64,000 nucleotides of DNA from Klebsormidium nitens. Lineage: Eukaryota; Plantae; Klebsormidiophyceae. The stretch is from assembly GCA_000708835.1 (NCBI GenBank), contig DF237005.1, forward strand, positions 101,943 through 165,942, read 5' to 3'. The translations under genes and the position numbers were made by a program. The notes beneath the pieces were generated by a model. That model ran no database searches. It had not been told where the DNA came from and worked only from the letters and a program-made list of their open reading frames with translations. Positions 1 to 12,704 of this stretch are shown in pieces. Every line of letters starts with the position of its first letter. Position 1 is the first letter of the stretch.

Positions 1-770
1 AGTGAAGACTTAGGTCCACGGCATGGATGCATTAAATGAGCACAATCGATGGCTTGTAGCACATGCTGACTGCTTTTCTCCCTCAGGGGGTCGTTTGCCC
101 CTGTGGTCCATCCCACAGAAGAGTCAACCTGCATATGGTAAAGTAGGGGTTCGACGAAGAGTTGAACCAGTGTATCTTCTGGTGTCAATGAGCACTGTCT
201 TTGACTCAAGACGCCATATCAAATGTTTCCTCAGGGCATGTTATAAATCTGTCGTAAACCCGAGAGGAGAATCGTTCTGAAAGCCGGATAAAAAGAGAGG
301 GCATCAAAGCGTCAACTTTGACAACTACACCTTTTGACGTGAAGCATTATCCAGATTCAGCACCCCTTTGTGACACACGGCATGCCCCTCCTCTTCCGCC
401 CAAAAGAAGATACTATATTGCATTGGATCAGCCTTCCCCTCCTGTCCTGTCCCGCAATTGCACTCAAAAGACAAGGAGTCGCAGAGTGTCCAGAGTGTTG
501 GGACAAGGTGACCTTTTCGTTGGGCTAGATTGTGCAGAAAAGCATAACACAAACGAACCGGGGCTTCAAGGATGCTTGAGAAAGCGTCCTGAGACTGGAC
601 CCGTAGCAATGTTGTCCCACTGGGAAAGAGCCTCATCAGTGAACAACACTGGGCAACTGACCAATCTCCACACACAGTGCACTTTCACCACCGCAAATGA
701 GTGATCCTATTTGTCCCCATGAAGAGCGCCATCTACATAAACAACTCAATGTAAAGCTCTGCAAATGTAC

Positions 771-1490
771 CTGCGCCATCAGCGTCGTTGGAATCTGGAT
801 AAAGTTGACCCCCCTCAGGTACGACGCCGCCGCATACCCGCACATATCCCCGATCACGCCCCCACCCAGCGCCACAAATGTGCACCTCCGGTCTTGCCTG
901 GTGGCAATTGCCTTGTCGTACACTTGCATCAGCACCTCGAGCGTCTTGTACTCCTCCCCATCAGGCAGTACCACCGTCTCAACCCTAACGTCATTTGATC
1001 CATTCTCGGTGAGCCCTGCGACGACCCTGTCCAAATAGAGCGGCTCCACCCTTGTGTTTGTGACCACTAGCACCTGCTTGCCCTTGACGTGCTTTCGCAG
1101 CAGATGGGGATGGTCCAACAGCTTTGGCGCAATATAGATGGGGTACCGCCGTGTGCCGAGCTCCACGTTGACGATGGTGGGGGAGAATGCGGTTTCAAAA
1201 GTGGTCATCGGGGGAGCTTCAACGGTGCAAGCCACCCTGGCACGACCCTGACGTCTTTGCCCTAGGCCCGAGGATTGCAACGTGAGAACAGTCCCTGGCA
1301 GAATGTTTGAAGTCGAAACAGGTTTCCTAGCCCGCCATGAGTTGGAGCGCAGGGTCTGGACGGCTTGAGTTTGAATGGAAGCAGCTGGGACAGCGTGAAG
1401 ATCAAGGTCTCTCTGTTGGAGAGAGGATGAAGAAGTGATTTGGCCAGAGAGGGAACCAACGGAAGCCGCAGACGCCCTGGCGGTAGCCAT
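771..1490 (-). CDS. DHQS: 3-dehydroquinate synthase, plastid-targeted; first exon only, rest of gene lies left of the window
   Basis: ORF 636..1490 has a Ser/Ala-rich transit-peptide-like N-terminus, then RRYPIYI, LPDGEEYK, DRRCTFVALGGGVIGDMCGYAAASYLRGVNFIQIPTTLMAQ (AroB/DHQS motifs). GT donor at 770-769 after ...LMAQ. The next expected exon (VDSSVGGKT) is not seen in 1-770. Confidence 0.95.
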
Positions 1491-1964
1491 CCTTTCTGAA
1501 TTGGGGGCCTGCCAAGTGATTTCTGCCGAAGTTTCAGTCAGGCTAGACTCAGCAACGTATGTTGTTTGTATATTTGGGTGTATGGGATATAAGACGGCAG
1601 GTTATGACCAGTATTATTCACCCGGCGTATCGTCCCCGGGCAACTTTTGGAGCAAAGAGTCAGGGTAAAATGGATCGGTTGTTGTTAAACTTAGTCATAA
1701 GATACCGACTAACCGTGGTAAAGCGTATTCCTATACAAATACAGATTTTGTCCGATGCAATTCTGCTTGAAAACGTTTGTCTCGTCAGCGAAAGAGATGA
1801 GCACTGACTCTGAGAGAAGCAAGGAGCTGTGGCCCTGAAGCAGAATACTCAAAGCACGCCACACAAGAAGGCAAGCTCCCCAATTCAGCACCTCCATGGT
1901 GCATACAGGAGCTATAAAAGGATACTCCTTCCAGGAGTAATACTGCACATTCTCGCAATGCACA

Positions 1965-4900
1965 ATGAATCTAAACACGTTGATGGAGCCCAACCGGTGG
2001 CAGCGCAGCGTGAAGCCCTGGCGCAAGCTCGCGTCTGCACCTGCACGCCTTCCGCAGCCTTTTCTGTCTTCGTTACATCTAGTGGTTGCAATTCTGCTGA
2101 CCATCAAGATCGCGGCGGTTGTCAGGGAAGACACGCCGTTCATTGTGGCGTCGACGGCTACTTTTAGCGACATGTTCCTGGCAGGAGTGCAGGTGAGAGT
2201 CTTGCGTGATGATTACATACTCATAAAAGTATGATCATACTAATACGCAGTGTTATGTTCACAAACTTTTTACTATACTTCGATTAGACTTTTTCCAAGT
2301 GAAGTCTTCAGAACATTCAGGTGAGAGTTGTGCGCAGTGGTTGGGTAGGGGTGCTTTTGTAATAAAGTTTCAGTGGCAAGTCTCTAATGGGATCTTCATG
2401 TTAGTCCACTCATTGACTCCCTGGTAATCTCGCGTGACCGAATGTAATGTTCGACTGTGAGGTAATCTGGCTAGTCTTGACTTCCGTGTCAAATACAAGG
2501 GCAGTAGATTCCTAGGAAGTGGTGCAGAATTTTTTGGAAAGTGACTCCTTTTGAATCGGTTCATGTTGGAGGGACACAGCGAACCAATCGTTGGCATCTG
2601 TGAACTTGTTCTGAAGAAATTTTTAACCTAGTGTTGTTGTGCCATCTCGGCAACCTCAAAAAGTCCCTCTACATGGGACTGCTGTTCTGAGCTTGTCTCT
2701 TTCTCAAAGTATGGAGTCATGGAAGGTTCAGGGACTTCTTGGCCAAGTTGTAATTTTGGATTCCTTAAAGGTCGCCCAGGAGGACAAATCGTGCACTTAT
2801 GGAACTCCAATCCCCCAGCCGCTTTCTCTTTGAGGAGCCACACTCCATTTTTGTATTCCGTGTCCTTTCTGGCCCAGTGACTAACAATAACAACTTTAAA
2901 TTAAAATGTTGTCTGCCACCATGCACATGCTTCCTTGTAGTCAGGAACTCCTTACAGGAAGACATGTTAGTAGTGACCTCACTGTGGTCATTGATCCAAG
3001 ACTTGTCTATGTGTGCCAGCTTTTGATTCTTGAAGAGGAGGCAAGTCGAGCAACAGGCCGTCATTATGAGGTTCCCAAACTAATTGCGGCGGGATGGAAA
3101 GAAAGAGATCTACGGATTCTCACTCCCTCTAGGAATCTTAGCTTCTCCTTTTCCCTCTTCCTTTTGTATGTTCCCCATTCGTACCCATCTTACCGTATCA
3201 GAAAAGTAGGAGTCACAAGTCGATGGCAAACGTGTGTGGCATTCTTACAGTCACAGCGACCGTTCGTCGCTTGTGCCAGTACAACGACACTCAAATACGA
3301 GATACTTGCTTCAATGTTCTTAAGTTTCTTGTGATTAGTCGAATCAACCTTTTCTGCAGAGGCATGGAGAGATTGGGCTCTTGTACGAGATCGACGACTG
3401 TGTTGCGTCCATCAACCGCACCATCGACACCTACTTCAAACTGCCGCGCACCGGACTTGACGTCTACGACGCACTGAGCACCCCCGTCCAGATCAACGTC
3501 GTCCAGTTTTCGACTAACCCCCGCCGGGCGCTGCCAGACAAGAAGGGCCAGGCGGGCAAGCTCAAGGGGCTCGACTTTCAAACATGTGCGTGCAATTTAT
3601 CTCAATCGATCTCGTCCGTCTCTTCGACTTCAAAATCTGGCTTCCCTCTGCTTACAACCCAAAGATTTTGCCAAGTCGCTGTTCAATTTTGTCGACAGTC
3701 CTTGATTTGTAACCCTAAGACGCCCTGATTTGAAACGTGGAACTCTTTTCTGCATCTTTTCTTTTTGCTTTACGTTCTGAAATTGGTCATTGATGCCCTT
3801 CAAAGATGGGCAAATAACCTGATTAATCGTCAGAGAGGTCCCGGGTCATGACTTCTCCACGATGCCTGTTACTGACAAGCTCAAATTTGTTGCTGAGTGA
3901 TTATGAACGGTGAAAGACCGACTTTTTAGAGAAAAATATTTGTTGTCCCCAGGCGCCGCAAGTGAACGCAGAAGGCTTCTTCTGGAAATTTTCGACAAGG
4001 AAGAGGGTGTTCCTATAAATTGGCGCAACTTCCTTTGACATCCTTCCGTTAATCGACGTCGACAAGAACGACCCGGATTGAAGCCATGAAGCGCTGCACT
4101 CTCCCTGTTGCAGGGAGCGGCCACATCACGTCCCGCGGCGACAGCTGGCTGATCTGCTGGGCATCACCGGCAAATGCATGCTAATACTAAAAACCTCAAG
4201 CCAGAAACTAACCCGCTCCTCTCCCGTGCCCAACCTAAACCCGCACAGCAACCCCACCCCGTCCCAATGAGTTCGTCTTGTCATGTGTTCTGCTCATCAC
4301 ACTATATTGGAGACGTTTTCCAGGGAGCGGCAACATCACGTCCCGCAGCGACAGCTGGCTGGACCTGCTGGGCATCGACGGCGAGCGCAAGCTGCGCGCG
4401 TTCTTCAACAGTCTGGTTCAGATGGAAATCGTGCTAGTGCTGCGGACGCTGCACCGAGAGCTGGACCACGTGCAGGCGTTCGATTGGGAGATCACGGCGC
4501 TGTACGATTTTGTGGGGCGGGGGGGACGGATCGAGCTGAGCCTGAGCGTGGATGGAAGCCACGTGCACCAGGGTGAGTGGTTTGATCTGACGTGTGCGCC
4601 CGCAAAAGCGACGTCTGTTTGGGCGAAGAGGTCGACTTTCTTTGATTCGAACGGTTCGTCGCCCGAGGAGGTAGTCTGCCTCTCTTTCTTTCATGGATCT
4701 TAGAGAATCAAATGATATCTTCCTAGGAAAGGGGAAAGGGCCCGGCCCGGTTCTGATGCATGCATCGACAAGAATATGAGCAAAAGATTGACTTGTGCTG
4801 AAGTGCGTCGCTCTGTCTCACATGCTTGCTACAGTAAACCGGAATCACGGCTCCACATGCACCTCTATAAGATTTTAAGACTCGTCGCCGGTTGATTGGG

Positions 4901-7900
4901 TCAACTTGTCCACACCATGCCGGCCCAAACTTCGGCTCACTGTCATCAGGTCAAAGATCCTCAATCTGAAGGAACGTTCCCTAGAGTTCAAAGGCAGTCT
5001 AGCAGCAGCCAACAGGCTTTTACGCGATTTCGTATTCAGGGACGTTTCCAAAGAAGGCGAGAAACCATGTAGCAGGTTCTCATCTCGCCACCAAAGAGAG
5101 GAAACGATCCAGCTCAGCCGAGGAGAATCATCGCCTTATTTAGAAAAGTACGGGAGTACGAAGAGAAAAAACTCGTTACATGCAGACCAGAGCTGGCATT
5201 GGGAGCTGCTGATGGACATGCTCCTTGGGGGCCTGGCGCTGTTGTCGGAATCGTCCGCGTATCTCCGAGGGGAGTCGCTGCTGTGCTACCTGGTGAGTGT
5301 ATCAGAAAATGCATGCTCCAACTTAAATGCCTTTTTTTCGTAGCGTCAAACACTAAGAAAATACAAAACATTCAAAACATAGAAAATTCTATAGCCTTTT
5401 ATTGCGAAGTCCTAATACTTTGGAGGTCAGGAGGCCCACAAGGACCAGAGTGGAAGCATTCTGTGTATCTCGGCGCCGTACATAGGCTGCTTTGCACAAA
5501 GGACAGACCTTGCGTCGGCCGATTGTCCAGGCTTTTATGCAGCCAAGCAACGAAGCTTGTTTGTGTATGGGATTACGGGGTTAGGATCTTGCTTCGTGCG
5601 GGTTATGCAGATCCATCTTGACAACTTGTCGTTGAGCGGACACAGGAGCCTCCCAAAATCGCACCAGCAGCCGTCGTTCGTGCTGTTGACAAATCTCGTC
5701 GCATCCAAAGGAGACATTAGTGCGTACCAGACTCATTAGCTTGGTAATATTTGCAACCCACGCAAGACTTTGCGGTAGACAGAACTTCCTTGCTAACGCC
5801 ATCGTTCCCTCCTTGATGCAGCGGTCGAGCCGGCAATGGCGGAGTAACTACAAATGGCGGGTCGTAACCACGTCCGCTAACGTAACCACGTGGGCCGCTA
5901 TCATACTAGAGGTGGGGGAGTTCATGGCGTACTCGGGCGAGACCCGGGGCATCACCGCCATATTCACAGGTATTTTCCACTCTGCTTCCGTTTTCCGGTT
6001 CCGGTTTCTGCTTTCCGCTTGTTACCCCACCTTCACTGGACCTTCTTTCTGCTCCACGAATCCTTCCTTTCGGTTACCATTTTTTGGTTGGAGACTACGT
6101 GACTTTGAATGTGGAGGGTTTGTGTTCCAAAGTCTGACGGTCGAATTGACTATAAAGAAGCCCAACTTAGTGTAGAAATGGTTGGAAACCTTTCGTCAGA
6201 CTGTGCCGATCGGATGACCGCAACAATGCGCAGGATTTGCACGAAGTTTGGGAAAGGAAACCGAGAGAGGACTTGAGTCGTGTGTAGGCATGGCTCGCAC
6301 GCCAGTGTAGCTTGAAACCAAAGAGTACCAAATCGCAGCCGCACTGTCCGACAAGCTTCACATGCTGGCTTCTGCACGCTGGCTGCTACTCTCACTTTTC
6401 TTCTTCTTCTTTTCCTCAATTTTCAGACGTTTTCAACCACCTGTGCTCAGGCATGGCCTGCATGCTAGCGTGGCTCAGAACCACGAAACCGAACGGCAGA
6501 CGCTCTGTGTTGACTCATTTCACGACGTATTTTAGCTAACAATCCACCTCATATCTCTTTTCTTGCACTCGCCATTACTTCATTTCATTTCAACCAATTC
6601 TCGGAGATCTGCTCCTACCGATACACAATTTGCTTCCTTGTTTCTTTTTCCATCTCTCTCTTTTCACCCATTCTTCCAATCATCCCACCCTTCCTTTTGC
6701 AGGCATGGCTTGTATGCTGGCGTGGCTCAAGATCATCGAGCACCTGGAGCCGCTTTCTCCGTACAACACGCTCATTTTGGCGATGCGCCAGGGGGTTCCC
6801 GTTGTACTGGTGTTCCTGATTGGCAGCACCCCCCTGCTCATGGGCTTCGCGGGCCTGGGCATGGCGCTCTTCTCCGAGCACAGCGACAAGTTCTCCTCCC
6901 TCAAAAACAGCTGCATCACTCTGTGAGTGGGTCTTGATTTTGGTTCTTCCGTTTGGATAGAGTCTTAGACGAGCCCGTTCTTGCGAAGCCTGCTCTGCCG
7001 TCATCTTGTCTCAGACCTGCCCGCATCTGGTTCACGATCTAGTGCAGATTCCCTCCCTCGAAAATTGGCTGCATCAAGCTGTGAGTGGATCTCGCTTTTG
7101 AGAAGTGGGCTTAGTGCAATGCGTTTGGGCAGCTGTCAGGTGCTGGTTTGACGAATTCTGAATCTTCTCTTATCTGGGTGGAGTCGAGTGAGCGCATTCG
7201 CTTCGTGACTGACCTTATGGCGCAGCTTTGCTACGCCCTAATCCCGTATTGAATCGTCACAATTGATCAAGTCGTACGCGATTCTCCGCTCTCAAGTGCG
7301 AGGTTTCCAGTCCACAACCCTCCGTACCAAAAGTACCGAAACTCTCTGGCCCGTCTTCAACCTCGAGCATTTCCACTCAGCTCTCTTCCTCGCGGGCAAA
7401 GCAGCCTGCTGCTGGAGACGTTGCAAAGGTTTTACGCCTCTTTCACAGACCCTAGCCTTACATGCTGTAATCTGGACTTCATTTTCTTTCGAAACATCTC
7501 ACGTCACGCTTGGGACGTTTCCTCATCGCGCTCTGCCATCTTGATCGGTAAACGTCACACCTGTACAAGCAGCCACCAGATGAAGCGCCATAAGCAGGAA
7601 GTTTTACCAAAAGTAATGCTACGCCTTGATTCCTTTCTCTTGCGTTTCTCCGCAGCTTCGCCACCTCGACAGTAGGTGTAACACAATTCTCAGATGGAAC
7701 GTTCAGTAGGGATCTGATAGAAGGTAACGCTGGCCGTGACTTTCTCTTCTGCGTTACTCCGCAGGTTTGCGATTCTGAACGGCGACGTGCTGCTGGAGAC
7801 GTCGCGCGACATCCAGGCGGCGGGCAACATCGGTGACGTGTTCCTCGTCACCTTCGTGTGCATATTCGTCTACTCGGGCCTCAACGTCTTCATCTCCATC

Positions 7901-10159
7901 ATTCAAGACGCCTACAGCAGCGCGAAAGAGGTGCGCATGTAGNNNNNNNNNNNNNNNNNNNNNNNNNNNNNNNNNNNNNNNNNNNNNNNNNNNNNNNNNN
8001 NNNNNNNNNNNNNNNNNNNNNNNNNNNNNNNNNNNNNNNNNNNNNNNNNNNNNNNNNNNNNNNNNNNNNNNNNNNNNNNNNNNNNNNNNNNNNNNNNNNN
8101 NNNNNNNNNNNNNNNNNNNNNNNNNNNNNNNNNNNNNNNNNNNNNNNNNNNNNNNNNNNNNNNNNNNNNNNNNNNNNNNNNNNNNNNNNNNNNNNNNNNN
8201 NNNNNNNNNNNNNNNNNNNNNNNNNNNNNNNNNNNNNNNNNNNNNNNNNNNNNNNNNNNNNNNNNNNNNNNNNNNNNNNNNNNNNNNNNNNNNNNNNNNN
8301 NNNNNNNNNNNNNNNNNNNNNNNNNNNNNNNNNNNNNNNNNNNNNNNNNNNNNNTACTCGGGCCTCAACGTCTTCATCTCCATCATTCAAGACGCCTACA
8401 GCAGCGCAAAAGAGGTAAGCACGTTTAGAAGTAGGATCTGAGGGTTCTGAAGCGTCTCAACCAAGGGGAAAGGTTTTCGATCGTTTGGTGTGTGACCGAT
8501 CCACGACTCTTCCGTCTGCATCGTCTTGAGTTTGCAACTATGGAGGAGGGTTTTTGGCGGCAGGCAATCGTACGCTCAAGCCTTCACAACGACTACGAAA
8601 AGCTGGCCATCTGATTGGGCGTCCGAGCATTCTTCTATTTCAAAGCAGAGTGCTTCAGGTAATTCGCCTTTATCGACCTTTAAGATGGCCCCCGGTCTGT
8701 AATTAGAAGAGGGTACTCTCATATGGTCAGGCCAGGTATGGGCTTAGGTGAGTGCCTTTCAAAATTGCGGCCTTGTTCTTCGTACCTGTGGTCCACCGCT
8801 AGCTGGACAAGCCGTTGTCAATGTCTTTTCAAGTTAGCTATAGTAGTCTCTAGGTATGGTAAGCTCCTACTAAAAAGCTAACCCTCAAAATCACCCGCTC
8901 CGCTCCCGTACCCACCCTCAACCCCCAAAGGAACCCCACCCGTCCCAGGCTGCTTGGCTTACTTTACCTAAAGCTTAAAGATCCCTAAATTGAACTCTTA
9001 TCCGTTGTCAGCCCGTAGACAGCCATCTAAGAGTTAACCTTTGTGTTTGCAGCAAACCGGACGGTTGTCCCGCCCGTCGAGTGCCGCGGACGTCCGGAGC
9101 TGGGAAGGCCTGGAAGGGGGACTGTCCAGAACGGGATCCGGCGTGGGGGTCACTGCAGTGCAACTTAATCAGGTACGCGCTTTTGCGCCCTTTTGTTTCG
9201 CCCTTTCTGATTCGCCAACAATGATCAGAACAACAGTCCCCGCTTTTCATTTGAATACACTTTGTTTTTGGTGAATCACCGCATCTTGAGATAAGTATGC
9301 TGCCTTCCAGATTTTTGGTATGGCTAGCTTTTAAATGGTCCTTTGAGATCTGACTCAGGTTGACCTTCCGGACAGACCTGAGGCTTTCATCGGCAGATTT
9401 TTGAGAGTTGCTGAGTCAGTCTAAGTTGAGAAGCTGCTGACGAGCTAGTTTGGCGGTGTGGAAGCGATGGCTGTGTTCCGAAATGGTTTCGCATTATTTT
9501 TTCGGGATTCCTTCTAAGCGCGCATATCACTTCATGAACCTCTACCTTCGGCGTTTACTTACTCCGACTCCAAGCATCCTCTCGTCTCGGCTCCGGAAGC
9601 CGGTTAATCTCCCACCTTGAAAAGGCCTCTGCTTATCAAGCGATGCTCATCACTGCTTGAAGTCCGATCAAGCCTGGCCGCCTGACCCACGTCCGACTTG
9701 AGCCCATTGCGACCGCTTGCCCGATGCGCACAACTTGGACCCTTTGTTGGCCTGGATGCCACCCATCGAACGGTCGGAGTTCTTTGGCGAGTGCTGTGAT
9801 CAATCCGAATACGAGGTGGGTCAGGCGGCTAGGTCTGACCGAATCTGCAGTGGAGCGAGACGTGAAGTTTTGAGACGACTGTTTTTAACTCGAAAGTCAC
9901 GGTCGTTTCAACGTACGTATGATCAAACTCTTCGCAGGTGGAAGCTCGGTTACGCGAGCAAATGGCCGACCTCCAGAAACAGCTGGCAGAAGTGACGGCC
10001 CTCCTGAGTTCCGGGAGACAGGCGTTTTCCACCGGGGGGGTCAAGGAGCACGGGGGGGGCTATTTCAGCGATGGGGAGACCCCTCGACACATGCATCGGC
10101 AAGGAGGACACGTGGATCACGTGGGGGTGTCGAGCTCCTCGCGACAAAAGGGGCTATGA
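1965..10159 (+). CDS. Mucolipin/TRPML-like (polycystin-family) cation channel, multi-exon
   Basis: Phase-consistent exons read by eye: 1965-2192, 3360-3586, 4324-4572, 5186-5292, a probable exon near 5611-5720, 5822-5969, 6703-6922, 7765-7930, 9053-9172, 9938-10159. S4-S6/pore region GMACMLAWLKIIEHLEPLSPYNTLILAMRQGVPVVLVFLIG...FSSLKNSCITLFAILNGDVLLET...FVYSGLNVFISIIQDAY resembles the mucolipin pattern (LLVW.GVIRYL...YN.LI.TL...FRSL...LFSLINGDD...LSLFIALI..AY). A large S1-S2 loop is present (YEIDDCVASINRTIDTY; WEITALYDFVGRGGRIELSL). Start codon and extreme C-terminal exons are less certain. Confidence 0.82.
4186..4265 (+). repeat. Dispersed ~80-bp repeat, copy 1
   Basis: actaaaaacctcaagccagaaactaacccgctcctctcccgtgcccaacctaaacccgcacagcaaccccacccgtccc; aligns by eye with 8868-8946, rc 41148-41220 and rc 59848-59923. 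Confidence 0.7.
7943..8354. other. Assembly gap (412 N)
   Basis: Run of N; the flanks carry near-identical copies of the same exon end. Confidence 1.
8868..8946 (+). repeat. Dispersed ~80-bp repeat, copy 2
   Basis: actaaaaagctaaccctcaaaatcacccgctccgctcccgtacccaccctcaacccccaaaggaaccccacccgtccc. Confidence 0.7.
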
Positions 10160-11614
10160 GAGGACACGAGTCGCGCTTGTAACATATATTATAAAGGTAC
10201 GTTATTGACCGTTTTGATGTCATAGATTTGAGTAACATAGCGTGCATACAGCAGGGCAATGCAGCGGCGTTAGGCAAGTTGAGCACGAGTCGCGCGCGAT
10301 TCCTATCCAGGCCCCGCAGGCATCGGGCAGAAGTCAAACAAGGTGTAGGCAAGTGAGCGTTAGGCAAGGTGTCAAGCCTAGACAAGACATTCGCCTGAGG
10401 AGATGGTGACGAGAATGGTCATCCAAAGTGTGAAGTGCGTTCAGAACCAGCCCAAACCGGCACAACGAGAGGCAAAAGCGACACACTTAACTATGATTAG
10501 ATTTGCTACACGTTCACTGCCGTAGCACAAATAAAATTTGGGAACTTGACAACAAATGTAGCCAGGCAGTGTAGCTGATCTCATTTCTCAAAGTCTTGTC
10601 ACGGGACTAAATGTAGTCAATCTTCAAGGCCTCACTTGGAAAATCTGCATGGCTTACATGAGCAGTGAGGCTTTCGACTGTCTCGGCTGAATCACTACGA
10701 TGCTTCGCCCAGTGAGCAGATGGCCACCATTGCGTTACATGTACTGCATTGAACCTGCATGTTGCTGCTATGGCTGCATCAGCTTGAATTGTCGGTGGCC
10801 GGATTGTTGCTTGCCTAGACTTTTCCTTGAAATTCTTGAGAGTTGGTGCATACTAACCGGTGTGAGTCTGTCACACACCGTGCAATGGCCTGAGCGGCCA
10901 CGCATCATTCAGTGTGCATGGCCCAAGTACCTACGTAACTTTCATATATTTACATATGATCCACGAGCTGACATTCTATGACAATGATCCATATATGATC
11001 CACCGCGTGAGCTAACGTGTTCTATACATAATCCTTACATAGACTGTATACTGGAATCACATTACTGCATGACGATATACCTGAACGTCATGCATGCAAT
11101 GCAATCTGCCCATGATCATTGTATATCTGCGACATACGTATAGGTTCAATTTATGCACATACATTTCTAAGTTTGCCATGCGGCAGCACTTACGCGTTTG
11201 AAGAGTTGTTTGCTCTATCTGGCATTGCTCGAGATGATCTGAAAAGTGCAGTATTTGGCACATGTATGTCCGCCCAAGTGCGCGGCCAGCAGCGGCATCC
11301 AGCCAATTGGACGGGTTCGATCAGCGGGCGTGATGTGGCCCATCCTTCCCTTGCACATATGATCTTAAGCTGCAGGAAGATTGAAGGTGCAGATTCGACT
11401 GCTGGAATTGGAAGTGGACGTGCCTCCAGTACAATCGTTGAGGTAGCTTAACACACCTTTGCCACTCAAAGAATATTGATGTGAGAGGTACATGGTATCC
11501 CATATCTGAAAAGCCACGGAAAACGGCTTCCTGAGCATGTAGTTGACCTTATTGAAAACGTCAATAGCAAAAGTATAGCTCCGACGTCTGGGACTCTTCC
11601 TAATGACAAAGCAG

Positions 11615-12704
11615 TCATTGACTCTCTAGGAATGTGCTTATGTCTGCTTTCAACGCGCTCAATTGACCTTCCGCTGTGACCTGCATCCGGTCATCCTTTG
11701 CAGTGATGAGGACCTTTGCTTGAAACGCATTCGCATATGCATTGGGGTTGCAAAACACCTCAAGGTGAACCCCTCCAGCTGCTAAGTCGCCTTTGTGCTT
11801 CCAATCTAAGCTCTCCCACCTCTTAGGACGGGTGGCTTGTTCCTTGTCCTTGAAAGTTTGCAGAACTGATGACAAACCATCATCTAACTCCTGCGCAATC
11901 TCGGCCGTCAAGGGGATTGTGATGGTAGTCTCGCCAATGTGGAACGATGTCTTCGTGGCCGTCGCTGAATGAAACAGAGAGACTTCAGAACCTCAAAAGC
12001 TTCCTCAGAAGCTTCGAAGGGCACAAAAGCAGGACTAAAGACAGCGAAGAGAGAGAGATGGATTTACAGGAAGCACAAAAACGGGGCTAAAGTGTTGCAA
12101 GTGAGCTGCTAAACGCAGCCACCATCCTGGGCCCAAAAAGTAAACCACATGTGTTAGGGGCAATCATTATACCACTCTTCCATCGCAAGCATCGCAATCT
12201 CTGTGCTATACCCTCCGCTCCACTGCCAAAGGTTGTCTGACAAGGATTCCGTCCCATTCGATTGATTGCTTCTTGGAAGCTCGCCAATTGGACTTGATAT
12301 GATAGTGGTGGCCTGTCTGATTTCACAGGTAAATGCAATTGTAGTTCCCAGCCAAAGGTGGTTCAACCCGAGTATGGCCCTGTTGTCTGAACACGGAAAG
12401 CCTTGCTCAGGAACTTCAAGGCTTGCTGGCTAGACGTCTCACCTTGCATCATTGCAGCGCCTCTCCCCACTCGGGTCCTCTGACTTTTGCGCGCCATGTG
12501 CCATGTTTGTTTTTGAGAGCATTCCCGCAATGCTGGCGGTGAAAATTGGCGCTTTGGTGTCAAAAGCTGCTGCATTGACTGAGGCCGAAGCAATGCTACG
12601 GGAGCAGCACTTGGTCTAGTGGCTGAAGAATGGGTAGAGTTGACACATTTGGTGGTGGCTGCACCACAATTGCCTATCTGCCGAGCGCAAGAGATTGATG
12701 CCAT
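11615..12704 (-). CDS. Plastid-targeted conserved small protein with LEVFCNPN motif (cyanobacterial-type hypothetical protein); 2 exons: 12704-12443 and 11964-11615
   Basis: Exon 1 is a Ser/Thr/Ala/Arg-rich, acid-poor transit-peptide-like sequence (MASISCARQ...AAMMQ) ending at GTGAG in phase 1. Exon 2 follows TTCATTCAG and reads ATATKTSFHIGETTITIPLTAEIAQELD...GDLAAGGVHLEVFCNPNAYANAFQAKVLITAKDDRMQVTAEGQLSALKADISTFLESQ*. I recall a similar EIFCNPN..PFAAKVL.TVRDDRI motif in cyanobacterial hypothetical proteins (unverified). Confidence 0.72.

Noticed and set aside
7754-8441. Long ORFs containing X runs
   Set aside because: Artefacts of translating through the N gap.
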